Source of the DNA: Lingula anatina
Taxonomy: Eukaryota > Animalia > Brachiopoda
Direction of reading: 5' to 3'
Assembly (NCBI GenBank): GCA_051362555.1
Contig: CM120641.1
Location: 38,694,401 to 38,758,400, forward strand
DNA: 64,000 nucleotides
The notes beneath the pieces were generated by a model, which searched no databases, was not told the DNA's origin, and worked only from the letters and a program-made list of their open reading frames with translations. The translations under genes were made by a program, and so were the position numbers. Position 1 is the first letter of the stretch. Every line of letters starts with the position of its first letter. Positions 40,801-55,000 of the stretch are shown piece by piece.

Positions 40801-43800
40801 AGTAGATGACAGATAATTAACATCACTGGAAAAGAAATTACAAGATTTGTATTAAGCAATCTGGTGCATAATGAAAGATTTTGATATAAGCATCATCACA
40901 ATTTGATTGATATACAAAGAAGTTTAGTAAAAAAATCTATCAAAGACAAGCGTGGTCCAATTTTGGTCAACACAAGATTTTATTTTCTATCTTGTTATAT
41001 TTCAATTTTTTAAGATCCAAAAAAAAATTTTTTTACAAAAAATAATCAGGTACGCAAAGTGACCTACAGACCTATACACCATGTTGGTAGTCAAACTGAA
41101 CTTGGCCAATGTTTTTCTTATATTTTGTCGCAGAGTTGTCTCATCTAGACACCAAGCAGTATGTTCACTTGCTGAAGGGCCTGCTGTGGGATCTGAATTA
41201 AAAAAAAAAAAAAATAATAACAACAAAAAAAATGAAAATAAAAACAGTCAAATATACAGTTAAACACTTGGGTAAATTAATGAAAAGTAATAGTGTTTAC
41301 TTAATCCTGATAAATATAAAAAAATTGTTAGAAAAATAATACAAAAACTCATAATTTATGACTTTGCAGGCCAACAGAGTGAAGGTTGCTTACACTGGCT
41401 AACCATCACAAATCCATAGTGAATTTGTCTCGTTTTCTTTTTACCATAATAGTCCATTTTTTTTTTTGAATACTGAATAACTATGAATAAGGCAACCTTG
41501 AAAATTAAAAAGAAAATATGAACCAGAAATTGAAAGAGAGACAGGCACATGTCTTACCTGGTGCTCCATACACAGTGTTGATGGCATTCTGCTGTGATGA
41601 CAGGAGTTCATCAAGAAGTCTCTGAGCTGTTGGGAGGATCTGAACATAAAACAAAGTTTGTGCAAGTTAACTCTTTATTCTTAGGCTTCGTTCACATGCA
41701 ATGTCTATTTTCTAAATTCTATTTTCTATTTGCGGTATGTCTTATGATCACGGTCTGTGGCCTGAATATCCCGCGGCGTAATTACTGGCAGCGCGAGCCA
41801 GTTACTATAAGTTACTATAAGTAACTGGCTCGCGCTGCCAGTAATTACGCCGCGGGATATTCAGGGCACAGACAGTGATCATAAGATAGCGCAAATAGAA
41901 AATAGAAATTAGAAAATAGACATTGCATGTGAACGAAGCCTAATAGTTTAAAAGGTATCCTCCCTGGGAGATTTTCCTGCTTGAAAGATATAACCTTGCA
42001 AACAAAGCAGCAAATCTGTCAAATGTACAGACACGAAGCAGAAAATAATGATGAGCATGAACCTTAATGCTTTTTTTGTCAATTTTGTTGCAATATTTTG
42101 TGATGATTTATCACATAATTACCACCACTTTTCAATTATGTACTACAAGTAACATCAACATTCAGAAAACAAATGAAGTGTAGGGGTTCAGTCCAACGGA
42201 ATTACAAAGTCACATGCTAAAAATGCTTATATGTGAAAAAATAAAAATTTCATAAAATTGCATAATTTAAAGAAAAAAATTCAATCAAGCTGGCTTTTCA
42301 ATCATAAACATTACCTCCTTGGTAGATGTAATTAAAATGATTTATTTCTAAATAAGTAGCCAGTTAATGAGAATGCAATGTGTTTCTGAATTTCAGATGG
42401 AAATATCAACATTGCAGATTTTTATTTGTGGGTTTCTATTGTATTTAAGGTTTGAATGGGAAAAGATATGTAGCTTTGCCATATATACAGACACAGATAA
42501 TATGGCTTTGACACTTTTCAAACAGAAGTATACCTTTCAATATCTATACTTCCTGTGCATATACTACTGAATTGTCGCATTCATTCTAAATGAAATCAGT
42601 TAAATGCTCCTAATTGCTCAGCCAGATTATTCTTATGCCATTAAAAAGATATGTAGATTATAAAGTTAAATGATATTAAGCCAGTCCATTAGATGATATA
42701 TTTCAAGGTATTAAAAAATTATGAGAAGTGCTTACCTGTTGAGGTAACTCGCTAATAAGATACTGAGCAAATTTCTGCAACTGATCTCTCTGTAAGCGTG
42801 ATAAAGACTCTGACACTGGAGCCCTCAGACACACTGATGTGGCCTAAAATATTATCAATGTTTATCAAATATGCTCTTACAAAGGTTTCATTTTAACAGT
42901 ATGGCCACTCCTTACTTCATATATCTAAGACTGCATTTGATCTTTAAAAAGAGGCAGCAGAGTTACCAACAATTCAACTACTTCTGTATCAAAGGTATCC
43001 ATTTAATTGAACAGTTACAAGGTATTCATTAAAAATTTGAATTACAATCTTAAATTCTAAAAAAAAGTACCAAAAGTGACAAAGAAAGTCAATCTTTCTT
43101 TCAGAATTAAAGTTAAAATATGTTACACAAACAGAAACAGGGCATTTACCTATAATAAACTTTATCAATACAGAGAGAGAGAGAGAGAGTACCTGTAGGG
43201 TGCCTCACCTGATGTATTCTAAAGAGACACAAGGCTACCACATGGGCACACCATGATGCAGTGCTGTTACAAGTACAGTTACAGGATGTTATCCTCCTAC
43301 GGTCAAACATAACAGCCACATTGAAGGAGCCCTTGGTCTGGCCAACACTTTGAGGGGGAATAACTGTGGCACTCAAATGAAACCCTGAAAAGGAAATAAA
43401 CATGAGTATCCAAAATGCAAAGAAGTCTGAAGAGAGAAGCAATGTTTTATTTACAGACTGTATATATATATTTGTATTTATACAGTTCCTTACCTATTTG
43501 AAGTGCATCTTTTACTGCTTTGGCCTTATAAAGATGATCTCCCTTTTGAAACTCGTCTGCACTGCCATTAGCAAGGCAGGAATACAGCCTACAAAGATAC
43601 AAATTAATATGAGCACTAAAACCAAATTGTACATGCATGCTTTGTCTTAGAAATCTAATCTACGCAGCAGTAAGTGTGGCATGTTGGTAAATTACTTTGG
43701 GGGAAAAAGCAACATTTACTGGAACAAAATCCTCTGACAGTCCATTAAAAGGTAAGAAGAACAAGAAACATTCAGTTATATTTAGCCATTGCATCACAAA

Positions 43801-46800
43801 AAGCATGAGTATTGAAAGTGCTATCATTATGTCTTATCTGAACTTGTATAGAAAAGAACTATGACAATCAAATACAACTATTTAAGATGAGTTGATTGCC
43901 AAGAGAAAATATTCAAGGTGCAATAAGATGCATGCAACCCATGACTTAATCCAACAGAAAAAAAAATCAGTCATAAGAACCACTCATTAGATCCACATTA
44001 AATTCTGCTTGGATGATCCAAGAACTTGTTGAATTACCTTATATCTTCTTCATTTTCTGGGAAGCTCCAAAAGGCAATACGCAATTGCAATTGCTCTGGA
44101 ATGGGTGGGTAAAAGTGCTCCACTACCTCAAAGGGAATGTGACAAGCAACTCCTTTGGAAGCTAACTCCACCAATGAACACACTTTCTCTCCTGCACAAA
44201 TGTGATGAAGAGACTAATGATTATGTCAAAGCAAAACCAAAGTTTAATCAAAATTATTTAATGACAAAGGGAGTTAATTCTTAATTTTTGTTTTTCTCTA
44301 CAAGAACAGCCAGAACTTAACTTTTCCTTAAGCTGGCTATGTCTTCTGTTAGATTATTTAAGGATAATTGGAACTCTTACATGAGCCAGGTTAAAAAAAT
44401 GAATAAAAAAATAAATGACATATATCAGCTGGGTATCAATAGTTCAGTGTTGAAATATGTTTAAAAAGCGCCCCCCCCCCCCCCCCCCCGAAAAAAAGGG
44501 GATAAATTTTCTTCTTACATTTCATTTGCATTATCAGTTCCCTAAATGAACCAGTCTATCCATACACCTATTTTAAGGTGTAAACTGAGCTTCACATGGG
44601 TCTCATTACATCAGGAAAGCTTATGTAAACTGTTAATGTAACAAATCTCAATTATCCCTTCTTTCATGCAGGTGGATGGAAAAAAAACCTCGATGACATT
44701 TAAAGACATACCATATATTGTATCATATCATGTATTGTACAGACATATAAATAGCTGTCAACGTTCATTCATTCAACAAAGAATTATTCTTCTTCAGGCA
44801 GAGGCTTTTTAAGAAAAAAAATCAACGCTCATAAAATAAGTTTGCCATTAATGATATATATTAAAACATTGGGGCCTCACACAAATATAAAAAAGAAGCA
44901 ATTTTGTGGAGGGTGATCCATTAAAATTGAACAGGCCCTTATCTTGTTTGTAAGATGTCCAATTACTATCTTGGCATTCAAAATCTTTATCAATATGGTA
45001 CTTGCTTTGTTTTTGTTCCATACATGGATATGTGTGCATCTAACCCCGTCTGATGTTTTACGAAATGTTCATTATATTTACCAAAATATTTGAACTATTC
45101 TAGATAGTGAATTTACAGGGTAGAAGATAACAAAAACAAAATTACTGAAAAACTTACAATTTTCTGCGTCATTAATAATGTCCCCTGATTCAAATTAATA
45201 CAGATACAAAAAGATATTTAAGTTGTTGTTAAATATCACTTAAACAACGTTACGTGATATGTTCAATATGATCAGGGCTTTTTACTGCAGCTCCAAAGAG
45301 TATTCACAAGCCATGCAGATCACAAGTAAAGGTGTTCTTCAAGCACAGGAAAAGGGTTTTAAAACAACATGTCTGTGTCTTTGTGACAGATATCATTCTA
45401 TTGACAAGCTGGCAACTAATATCAGGGTCAACCAGAGGACAAATGATTGCCATTAATTTTGTCCAATAATCACCAGAAGGTAGATGATAGTCACCTTCAA
45501 CCAGCTGCACCTACGTCTAACTTAACACTCTTAAATACCTAATCTTTATGTTCTTTTTCTTATCTATTAACTCTTTGTAACCCTATTAACCTTTGCTACA
45601 GTATAATTATCTTGACCTCAGTTGACTTTCTTTGTAACAATGCTTCTGCAAACATAAAAAAAAAACCTCTACAAGCAGGCCAAAGTGGCTATGAATATTT
45701 TCTCAAATGCCTTTTCTCCAAAGGACTAAAGTTAGCATATATAGTAATTTTACAGGTGTTAATTAACTGAGACATAACTACCTGAAATTAAATGTTAAAG
45801 TTGTTGAATATAAAAATTAAATTATGCCAGTAGTTTTCACACAAACAATGAGAACCAGATGACAAGGGAATCTGACTTTATCTGACACCTGTCCCTCTTT
45901 CGTAGTCGAACTGATGACTATCTTAACTGTCAATCAGATAACACACATACCCCAATTACATTTATTCAACATAATATACCACAATGCACGTGTATTTAAT
46001 TCATCAGTTCAGAGCCAGTAGTATATATGATTAAAAGATAAATATATGTATTTGTCTATAAAATACTTATTTGATGATTTTCCTTTAATTTTTAAGAAGT
46101 AAAACAGTAGATCTATAACTGTCTCAGTGTCGCTTTTTTGAGTTTGCTGACATTACATGTGGATTTGATTTACTCACTGGTACCCAGACTTGGCTATTCA
46201 AGTAAGGAAATAGTTTTAGAAATACATCACTGTTTTCAAACTATTATTAATTTTTTTCTGAAGAACTGCCTTATACTTACTGCACAATTAAGCCTTTAAG
46301 AGGATGTAACTTTTATGAATAGACTACTACTTTTCTTTTTATAAAATGACAATCATTTTAAGTTAAGTATTGATTCCAAACTAAGTATTCCCGTTTTATC
46401 CCATTTATTCAATTTGAATATCATAATTTTTGCATTTAACAACTCTGGGAAAACAAACAGTAAAAATGTCAACAAAATCTTATGCACAATTGCAAATAAA
46501 AAATTAATAAGTCAATGTCTTGTTCTGTGTTGTGACTCTGAAATCAATTTGAATGTGCGTCATATTCAGTAATGCTGATGTGTGTGTAACCGATGCAGAG
46601 TAGAGTTGAGAGAAACAAAGACTAATGGCTGCCAGCTGTTCGCATCGCCAGGCAAACTTCAAAATGGACAAAATTTTTAGATGTAAACCATACCTAGGTT
46701 TAAGTCTCACGAATAGGTAAATAAATGAAAGGCAGTTTCTCCCCAAAAACAAACAGAAACAGAATGTAATTAAAAGTTTCTTCAAGTTGCCGTCTTTACC

Positions 46801-46968
46801 TTCTGCTCCGCCTTGAATCTGACCACCATTTTGTTTCTTCCAGCCTCTCCAGTTGTTACACAGACTCTCCGGTTCGCTCAGCCATGAGCACGAGTCGTCA
46901 TCGAACCGATCACTATCTTCAAAGGAAAACCGATCAGCTTCTCCATCCCAGTCGAACATGAAGTCCAT
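31863..46968 (-). CDS. ZSWIM8: Zinc finger SWIM domain-containing protein 8 (Cullin-RING adaptor; target-directed miRNA degradation; EBAX-1/Dora ortholog), about 23 coding exons
   Basis: N-terminus DRFSFEDSDRFDDDSCSWLSEPESLCNNWRGW. BC-box SLVELASKGVACHIPFE (~44038-44191). SWIM finger FNVAVMFDRRRITSCNCTC..ASWCAHVVALC (~43209-43385). Also PTLPNQPSEASAHF, GLHNCVSPNWLSRTYSSHVSWITGQAME, AAYRVGMLAMETLGRR and the C-terminal FCMSPGGMVQFNELLQSLRR..KELWQRI. Probable 3' UTR extends to a minus-strand AATAAA near 30280. Confidence 0.97.
41684..41940. mobile_element. PIF/Harbinger-like foldback MITE, family B copy 2 (257-bp near-perfect palindrome)
   Basis: GGCTTCGTTCACATGCAATGTC...GAGCCAGTTAC [tataagttactataa] GTAACTGGCTC...GACATTGCATGTGAACGAAGCC. 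Flanks TTA/TAA. Inside a ZSWIM8 intron. Confidence 0.92.
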
Positions 46969-47211
46969 AATACCCCTCTAGTCGACTCAGCGCCGGACAA
47001 AGAGACTGCACTCGCTGTCCTCAAGTCACAGTGTGGCTTCAGGTCAATCTCGGTCACTCGATTTTCTGTCCAAAATTATCCTTAAACCAAAACATTGATT
47101 ATTATAATTTTTGGCTAAATGTGTACACCAAAGACTTATTAATTTGCTTATAGTGAGAAAAGTGTAACAGAGGGGAATTTAAGTCGTTTCTGAGGAAAAA
47201 ATAGAGCTTAC

Positions 47212-47347
47212 CTTCATCGCCGCTCTCTGCAGAAAACAAAAACAAATGACTCCGAATCGGGAGTGTCCGCCAAGTTCCGGTGGACACCGTACTCGCGCAA
47301 TTTCTCGCGGCACTTCTTTCTCTTTCCGGTCGCCATACTTTATTTAG
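47212..47347. promoter_or_regulatory. Bidirectional promoter shared by ZSWIM8 (-) and RPS14 (+), with a TCT/5'TOP initiator
   Basis: CpG-rich island. Pyrimidine tract CTTCTTTCTCTTTCC at 47313-47327 is typical of ribosomal-protein transcription starts. CTCGCG motifs near 47292 and 47304. Plus-strand donor after 47347; minus-strand donor AAG|GTAAG after 47212. Confidence 0.75.
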
Positions 47348-48056
47348 GTTTGTGAATATTAAAGCCAATATTAAAATCCGTTTCATCTGTATCCACGAAA
47401 GTGTTTCCAAAGAGTTTGTTTATATAAAGCAATGGATATAAGTGTGATATTTAAGATATAATGGTTTTTAGGCCGCCAAGAGAAGCCATTTGAAATATAT
47501 TAGCGTGAAACTGGCCATCTATCTCTAATACGTACTGGTTTTACTAGTGTGCCTTACCAAAACATGTAACAGTGCATGCAGGACAATGTCTTGATTGCAT
47601 GACGCTGCGGCAGTTAATCTTGTACAGTTGTGAAAATGCTTACAGATTTTCATGTGTGAAGGTTGTTTATATACGGTCGAATGTTCATGCCCGTGTAACT
47701 GGTGAAGATTGTTTATATATTGGTCAGTGTTCATCACCGCATCAGTGACTGAATGTCTACATTAGGTATAATCATGAAAGAAGTCAGCAACCTTTCTTAA
47801 ATCTTAATTAAATTGAAAAAATCATAATCATGCGTGGTGTCTCCTATTTTGCCTTAAATGCACATCACCAATGCAGTTCATGTGATTAAAAAACTTTTTA
47901 CAAGCACAGCCCCAATGTACATTTCAGGTGATATTGGCTTTGATTTGACGGTGATGCCAATTCTTATCTAGTATGTGATTCTTTGTTGAGGTTTTTTTTT
48001 TACATAAATCAATTTTTTTCAAATGTATAAATGTTTGTTTTTGCTGTGTTTGCAGA

Positions 48057-49254
<1,198 letters not shown>

Positions 49255-50830
49255 ACCAATACCAGCTGGTTTTTGACTTTAAAATGAAATGACAAACGAA
49301 ATACATCTCCTTTGTCAGATATCATTCTGAGCCATGTATATTTAAAAATGAATAAAAAACTGAAAATATGAAAAGAATTTCCTTATTGTTGAGTACAATT
49401 TTGCAGTAAAGTAGTGCTGCTCTTGCAATAGGTTGCCTGTGGGGTTGTAATATCTTTCAAGTTTATACAATTTCTATCAAGTTGCCAGTAGGTGTTGCTG
49501 CCCTTGTAGGTTTAAAATCCAGTGGGACTGAAACTTGTGAAACTTGGTAGTGTTCCTGCTGGATTATTTTGCAAATGCTATACACTGAGTAGTTCAAGTG
49601 TTAGACCTTTTGCATTGGAAATAAACCCTACGGTTGGAAGAATGTTTTGCAACCACGTGTATCCTCCGTGGGTTGCCTGGATCATAATAATCCAATGTTA
49701 AATGTTACCACAGAACTGATTGCCTTTGAATTTGACTATGCAGCAGCATTGCATCAAACTTTGCTGATTGTTAACACTGCACAGTAGTTTTTAACTTACA
49801 AACTAGAAATCTAGACAAAATGCCCTCAGTTGTTCATGCTTTGTGATATTAGATGGACCAACTTGTCTTATGCCACCCTTTATCTTGGTGCCCCTGTTGT
49901 GTTACTGGAAATGGGCAGCATTGTGGGTAAGTGCTCAATGAAAAATGGATGCAAGTCCACATTTGTATGATGACAAAAGCGGTTGTGTTTATGTAAAAAA
50001 TGGAATGGGATTTGATGAACCATGCAAAACCTTTTCCTAAGTCAAGTTAATGTGTGGGACCAACTCGAGGGGAAATAGAAGTGCTTCCATTTATCAGCAC
50101 ATCCATAAATGTGCAGGATAAAAATGCCCATGCTTCTTTCTGACGGTCAGGATTGCAGTGACCAGGGATATCTTTGGTTGTCTTGTGACAAAATGAATAA
50201 ATACATTTAGTACAGTTAAATTCCTCTGTGAACTGGGTCCACAAATCTTTTTACTTGGCATAGCTTATTAAAAACTTAGCTCAAATGCTGAAAGGCTGTA
50301 TGTCATGGTTTTCTGAAACCAATTGATGGGACTAAGAACCTTTCATTTATCACGACTTGTGTTATTAGATGTACAGGGTCCATCAGCAAAGGAAATAAAG
50401 GAGAAAGAAACTGGCACAATGGGGATAAAAAGTATTTTAGTTTTAGACAAATATTGGGTCCATCTTTTTTTCTGGCAATATTCCAAAACTTTACAGATCA
50501 CATTGACCTACCTGTCCATCAAATTTATCTACCTGATTAATAGCGATTACAAGGTCCAAGTAAATGGGCAATGATAGGGCCATCCCAGACCAGAATTGTG
50601 CATTGTACCCACCTTACAAGTACCCCCAAAGTTTGATTAACTTACAAAGTTACCACACAGACAGGACCCTCTATGGTTCCCAAGCTCTAACCATACCACA
50701 AAATGATAGCATAATCAAATTTACAGATTATCAGACATAATATCATCTGGTATCTTAGGTGTTTGAACTGGTAGTATATAGTGGGCTTGCCTGGGTAAGG
50801 CACATATTTTAGCCCAGTGAGTGCTGAGAG

Positions 50831-51834
50831 ATGAATCCACAACTACTTAAAGTTTTAATAGTTCTGTTTGGACTGTGGGTTGTTGTCAACTGTCAACCTG
50901 GAGGTATACCCCACAAATTTTACCATAAGACTACAGTCCAGCCTGCAACCAGCAAGCCCCAAAGACCAGCAGTTACAAATGTACAGCCAGGTAATTTGTC
51001 CAGTCTAGTTCTGCCTGTGATGTCTGTTGTTACAATGCATTTAAGTTGCTGCCCCCCTCCTTCAAAAAGAAAAGTTTTCTTTGTTACTCTCGACTGAGTT
51101 TTTCGTAAGATTATGAGAGATGATTCAAAAGCTTGATTCGATTTCAGAAAGTATTTTGAGAGAAGAATCTTAACTTCAGTAATATGAAGTATGCTGAAAC
51201 TTTAATAAAATGTTGGAATAAGTGAGGTCTTTCAAATTTCAGTTCACAACATATAACTTCAATAATGTATTTTCCTTTATTACGTATTACGTATAAAGAA
51301 GTAAAGAAAAATAAAATTATTGTAAAGAAGTAAAAAGATAACTGTATACTTTTTGAACAGCCAAGGAACATTTTTCTAGATTCAAAAAAGATGCATCTAA
51401 ACACAAGGTTCTACCTGCTAGTTGTATCTGAAACATTCATCAATCAGACAATGGTGGTTAACCAATATAAGAGAAAAGGTTAAAAAAGAGGGCAATTTGA
51501 ATTATTTCATATCTTTCTTTAAGGGAAAAGTGGCTGTTACTGGATGAAAAAATCCTACACTCCTGGAGAAATCATAGCTGCTGGAAACTGCAGCACACGT
51601 TGGTGTACCCTTGGAAGTCATGTGGCAGTGATTGACAAGGTGGAATGCTTGGTCCCACCCCTGGACCATCCACCTCTGGAGAATGCAGGATGCTGGTGGC
51701 AAGGGCAGCAATTCCCTCTTGGTGCCTTGATCAAGTCTGGGCCCTGTGCTCAACGTTGGTGTGATCCCAGAGGTGTGGTGGTAGTGCAAGACTTCCTTGA
51801 GTGCTTGGTGCCTAGCAGTACAGTTACCAACTGA
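50831..51834 (+). CDS. Uncharacterised small secreted cysteine-rich protein (156 aa) with two tandem 4-Cys modules (Fn1 / partial VWC-like)
   Basis: Exon 50831-50990 (signal peptide MNPQLLKVLIVLFGLWVVVNC, P/T/Q-rich linker, phase-1 donor CAG|GTAAT) joins exon 51524-51834. Repeats: GCYWMKKSYTPGEIIAAGNCSTRWCTLGSHVAVIDKVECLVP and GCWWQGQQFPLGALIKSGPCAQRWCDPRGVVVVQDFLECLVP. TATA-like TATATAG at ~50775; AATAAA at 51962. Confidence 0.85.
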
Positions 51835-52087
51835 TGGAATCTTGGCTAACTTGTTGTTAACATTACTAAAATTGTTACTTAAATATTCTGAATTTAAATG
51901 AAGCAAAACAATGACTGATAAAATGTTGATTATCAAAATTGACAATTTACTTTAAAAAGTAAATAAATAAATAACTCCTAAATGAGATCACTATGAGTTT
52001 ACTGCATATTCTATTATGACAAAATATCTGATGATGCAAGTGAATCGAAGTGATATATATATATATCTTTTTAATTTCTTGTGATTG

Positions 52088-55000
52088 TTAAAGTTCTGTG
52101 ATTGGCAAGTCATCTGGATCATTTAGCTCCTGATTATTGGGATCTGTATGTTTCGTTTTTGTCAACAATCTTGGTCCAGTGAGGGCTATAGCTGCTGCTC
52201 CAACAGGTGCCGTAATCAGAATGGACAATACTGCTATAGTCAAGATCTAAAATAAAATAAATGCTAAACCTACAGCAAATTCATTAACAATGTCTGGCAG
52301 ATAAATCATACGTTTTCCACATTCATGATTAATACAGAAGAGTAATAAATATTTCACAGCTTGTGCTGTCATTAATCTTTATTAAAAATAGGCTGCCTTT
52401 AACTGCCACTTTAATCAACAAATATGCAATATGTACAACTATCATATTTGGTTGAAAAATTCATTCACACTTTTTCATGTTGTTCTACTTTTTGTAATTT
52501 GCTAGAATTACAAAGTTCAGATACCTGTATCCCCAAATGTTCTTTTGTCACATCTGCATTCCTTCTGGCTGTATCCAAAGCTACTGGTCCTATGGCAGCC
52601 TTTTAGCCAACCAGAAAGAATATACTAAAGCACTAATCAGTGTAATTGTTAATTTAGTCAACAAAGTTGACAGACTCTCTTGTTACTAAGTACACAATTA
52701 TTATTGAAATACTTTCACTTACTGTTCTTTGTATTTTTTTCGGAACAATTTTCATTTGCATATAAATGAAATTAGGGATTCTTGGTCAACTATATATCAA
52801 CAAATAACAAATAATGATTGATCATTGTATGAGTGATAAGATCTCTAAATAGTCTACAGTAAATATAATCACATACCTGAACAGTTGCCTTTGGAAGCCA
52901 TGCAAATGGAATGAAGAACCTTTCCTTCCAGTTGAACTCTGTTCCAAATACTACAAGAAATGATGCCACCATTCTTGTAAAAAGTCCAATGCATAATGTG
53001 GCCACTCCTAAGCCTGGAAAAAAAGATCTAAAAACTTATTTTAAGCACTATATAAAGGTTCTGGTGTGTGTTCCTTGGTAAATATTGCTTTTTTATTGCC
53101 CTCATTAATAATTTGAATACAGGGGTGGATTGAGGCTGTCTTCTGGGTCTTCTGGAAGACGGTCATATTTCTAAGTTTACATTGATGAGTACCTACATGT
53201 GTAATTTTTTCTGTCGAAAGACGGTCAAAAAATGGAAGATGGATCAACAAAGATAATGTGGAACTGTCAGAAATATCTCTGGATCTGCCCCTGAAATATA
53301 TGATTATATGACAGCCATGCTTATTAAATCCTTTAAAAATGTCACTTACCTACAGTACTGGCTTGTAGGCTTGAGATATCAATTTCTGCACCTATAAGTC
53401 CAAAGAGTAGTGGCTGAAAAAGGACCCATAATCTCCCCAAATTTTTTGTCACAGGGCACTGAAAAAAAAAAAAAAAAAGAATCATCAACAGCTCCACAAA
53501 AGTCTGCTGAAACCTACAGCAAGTAAGACAAAGTTTAATCTCCTTATTATGAGGAAGTTTTATCTCCTTAATCCTGCATAGATTTTGCTAGTTCATAATA
53601 TTATGGTACACAACAGTTTGGTCAATACTGATATTTTAAATGTGCTGGTATTAATCTCAATGATTTTTTAATATTACATACACTAAATTTCTTACATTAT
53701 CCTCAACCCAGCCTTCCTTCCTCCATCGTAAAGCAGCAACAAATGGCATTGTAAGACAACCTAAAGCTCCTGCACCTGGTAACTGAGCACTGTTACTACC
53801 AAACACAGCAAATAAGCCACCCAGCAGTAATAATAATGTTCTGTAGAACTTTAAATGCTTCTAAAATGTAGAAAATACAAACAAATGAGATAAGTCACAG
53901 CAAAAATGACAAAATATTTGCTAAGCAGAAATGTAGGCCTTTAATTAATACATGTATTTGGCGTTTTTAATTTCTTTTAAATCATAAAACAAATCAACAC
54001 ATTAATCTTATTTTTTTATAACAACTGCAAGCTGTTTTAATTACAGTTCCATCATAAAATATTTTCCCAATCTAACTGCATCTTTTTATCATCAATAAGA
54101 AAATGATATACACAGGCAGGGGGAGGGGTCTTACCCTCCTCCCAACTTGATATCTTAGAGCTGTAATATTTTAAGCTTTAAACCCCCAAACCATGGCAAT
54201 ATACAACTTACATGCTTTTTGTGAGGAAAATACCACACAATTATCCCTGCTATTACCCCATACACCACTCCTAACACAGCTTCCAGTGGCCCTCTGACAA
54301 TAGTGACAGCAATGTCACCTGGAAAACATGGCTGGTAATAAAATATGACATTTATCACCATTTACCCATGGCATAACAATCATGATAAGAATTTGAAAAC
54401 TAATGTACTTCTAAAAATTTTCAAATTGAACTGGGTAAAGAATAACAAAAATAGTACTCATCAAAGGAGGAAGAAATCAAATACCAGTTGAAAAGGCAAT
54501 GCCGAGCAAGACACCAAATGCAGTAATAGCAAGAACATCATCAATGCTTGCAGCAGCCACTACCAATGTGGTTATTCCTTTGTCCCCTCCATATCCTTTC
54601 TCCTGGAGACTCAGCATACTGGGGACAACCACAGCAGGTGTCACAGCTCCCAGTACAAATCTAAAATATTCCATGAAGCAAAAAAAACACACTCACTATT
54701 TAAACTTTGAGTACCTGTTATAATATGATAACACCCTTGTCTTGTGTTTGAATATGAAATGTATTCCAAAATGCTTAAAATTATTTATTTTGAAATGAGA
54801 AAAAAATGTAAACTGTAACTTACCCTAACATGAATCCCCACTCTACTGGAAATCCTAAGAGTAGATGTGTTGCTGCAGCTACAGTGGCTGCCTCCACCAT
54901 ACAGGGCGTGAAAGCCAGCCTGATCACAACACAGGAAAGTTTCCTCAAGGCTTGTGGGTCCAACCCTAAACCAGCACGCAGCAAAATCACAACCAATGCC

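Noticed and set aside
32561-41824. Numerous plus-strand ORFs overlapping ZSWIM8
   Set aside because: Antisense or alternate-frame shadows of GC-richer exons or of the palindromic MITE, with no independent coding signal.
51502-51945. 147-aa minus-strand ORF
   Set aside because: Antisense shadow of the Cys-rich secreted protein exon. The plus strand has the signal peptide, splice sites and internal repeat.
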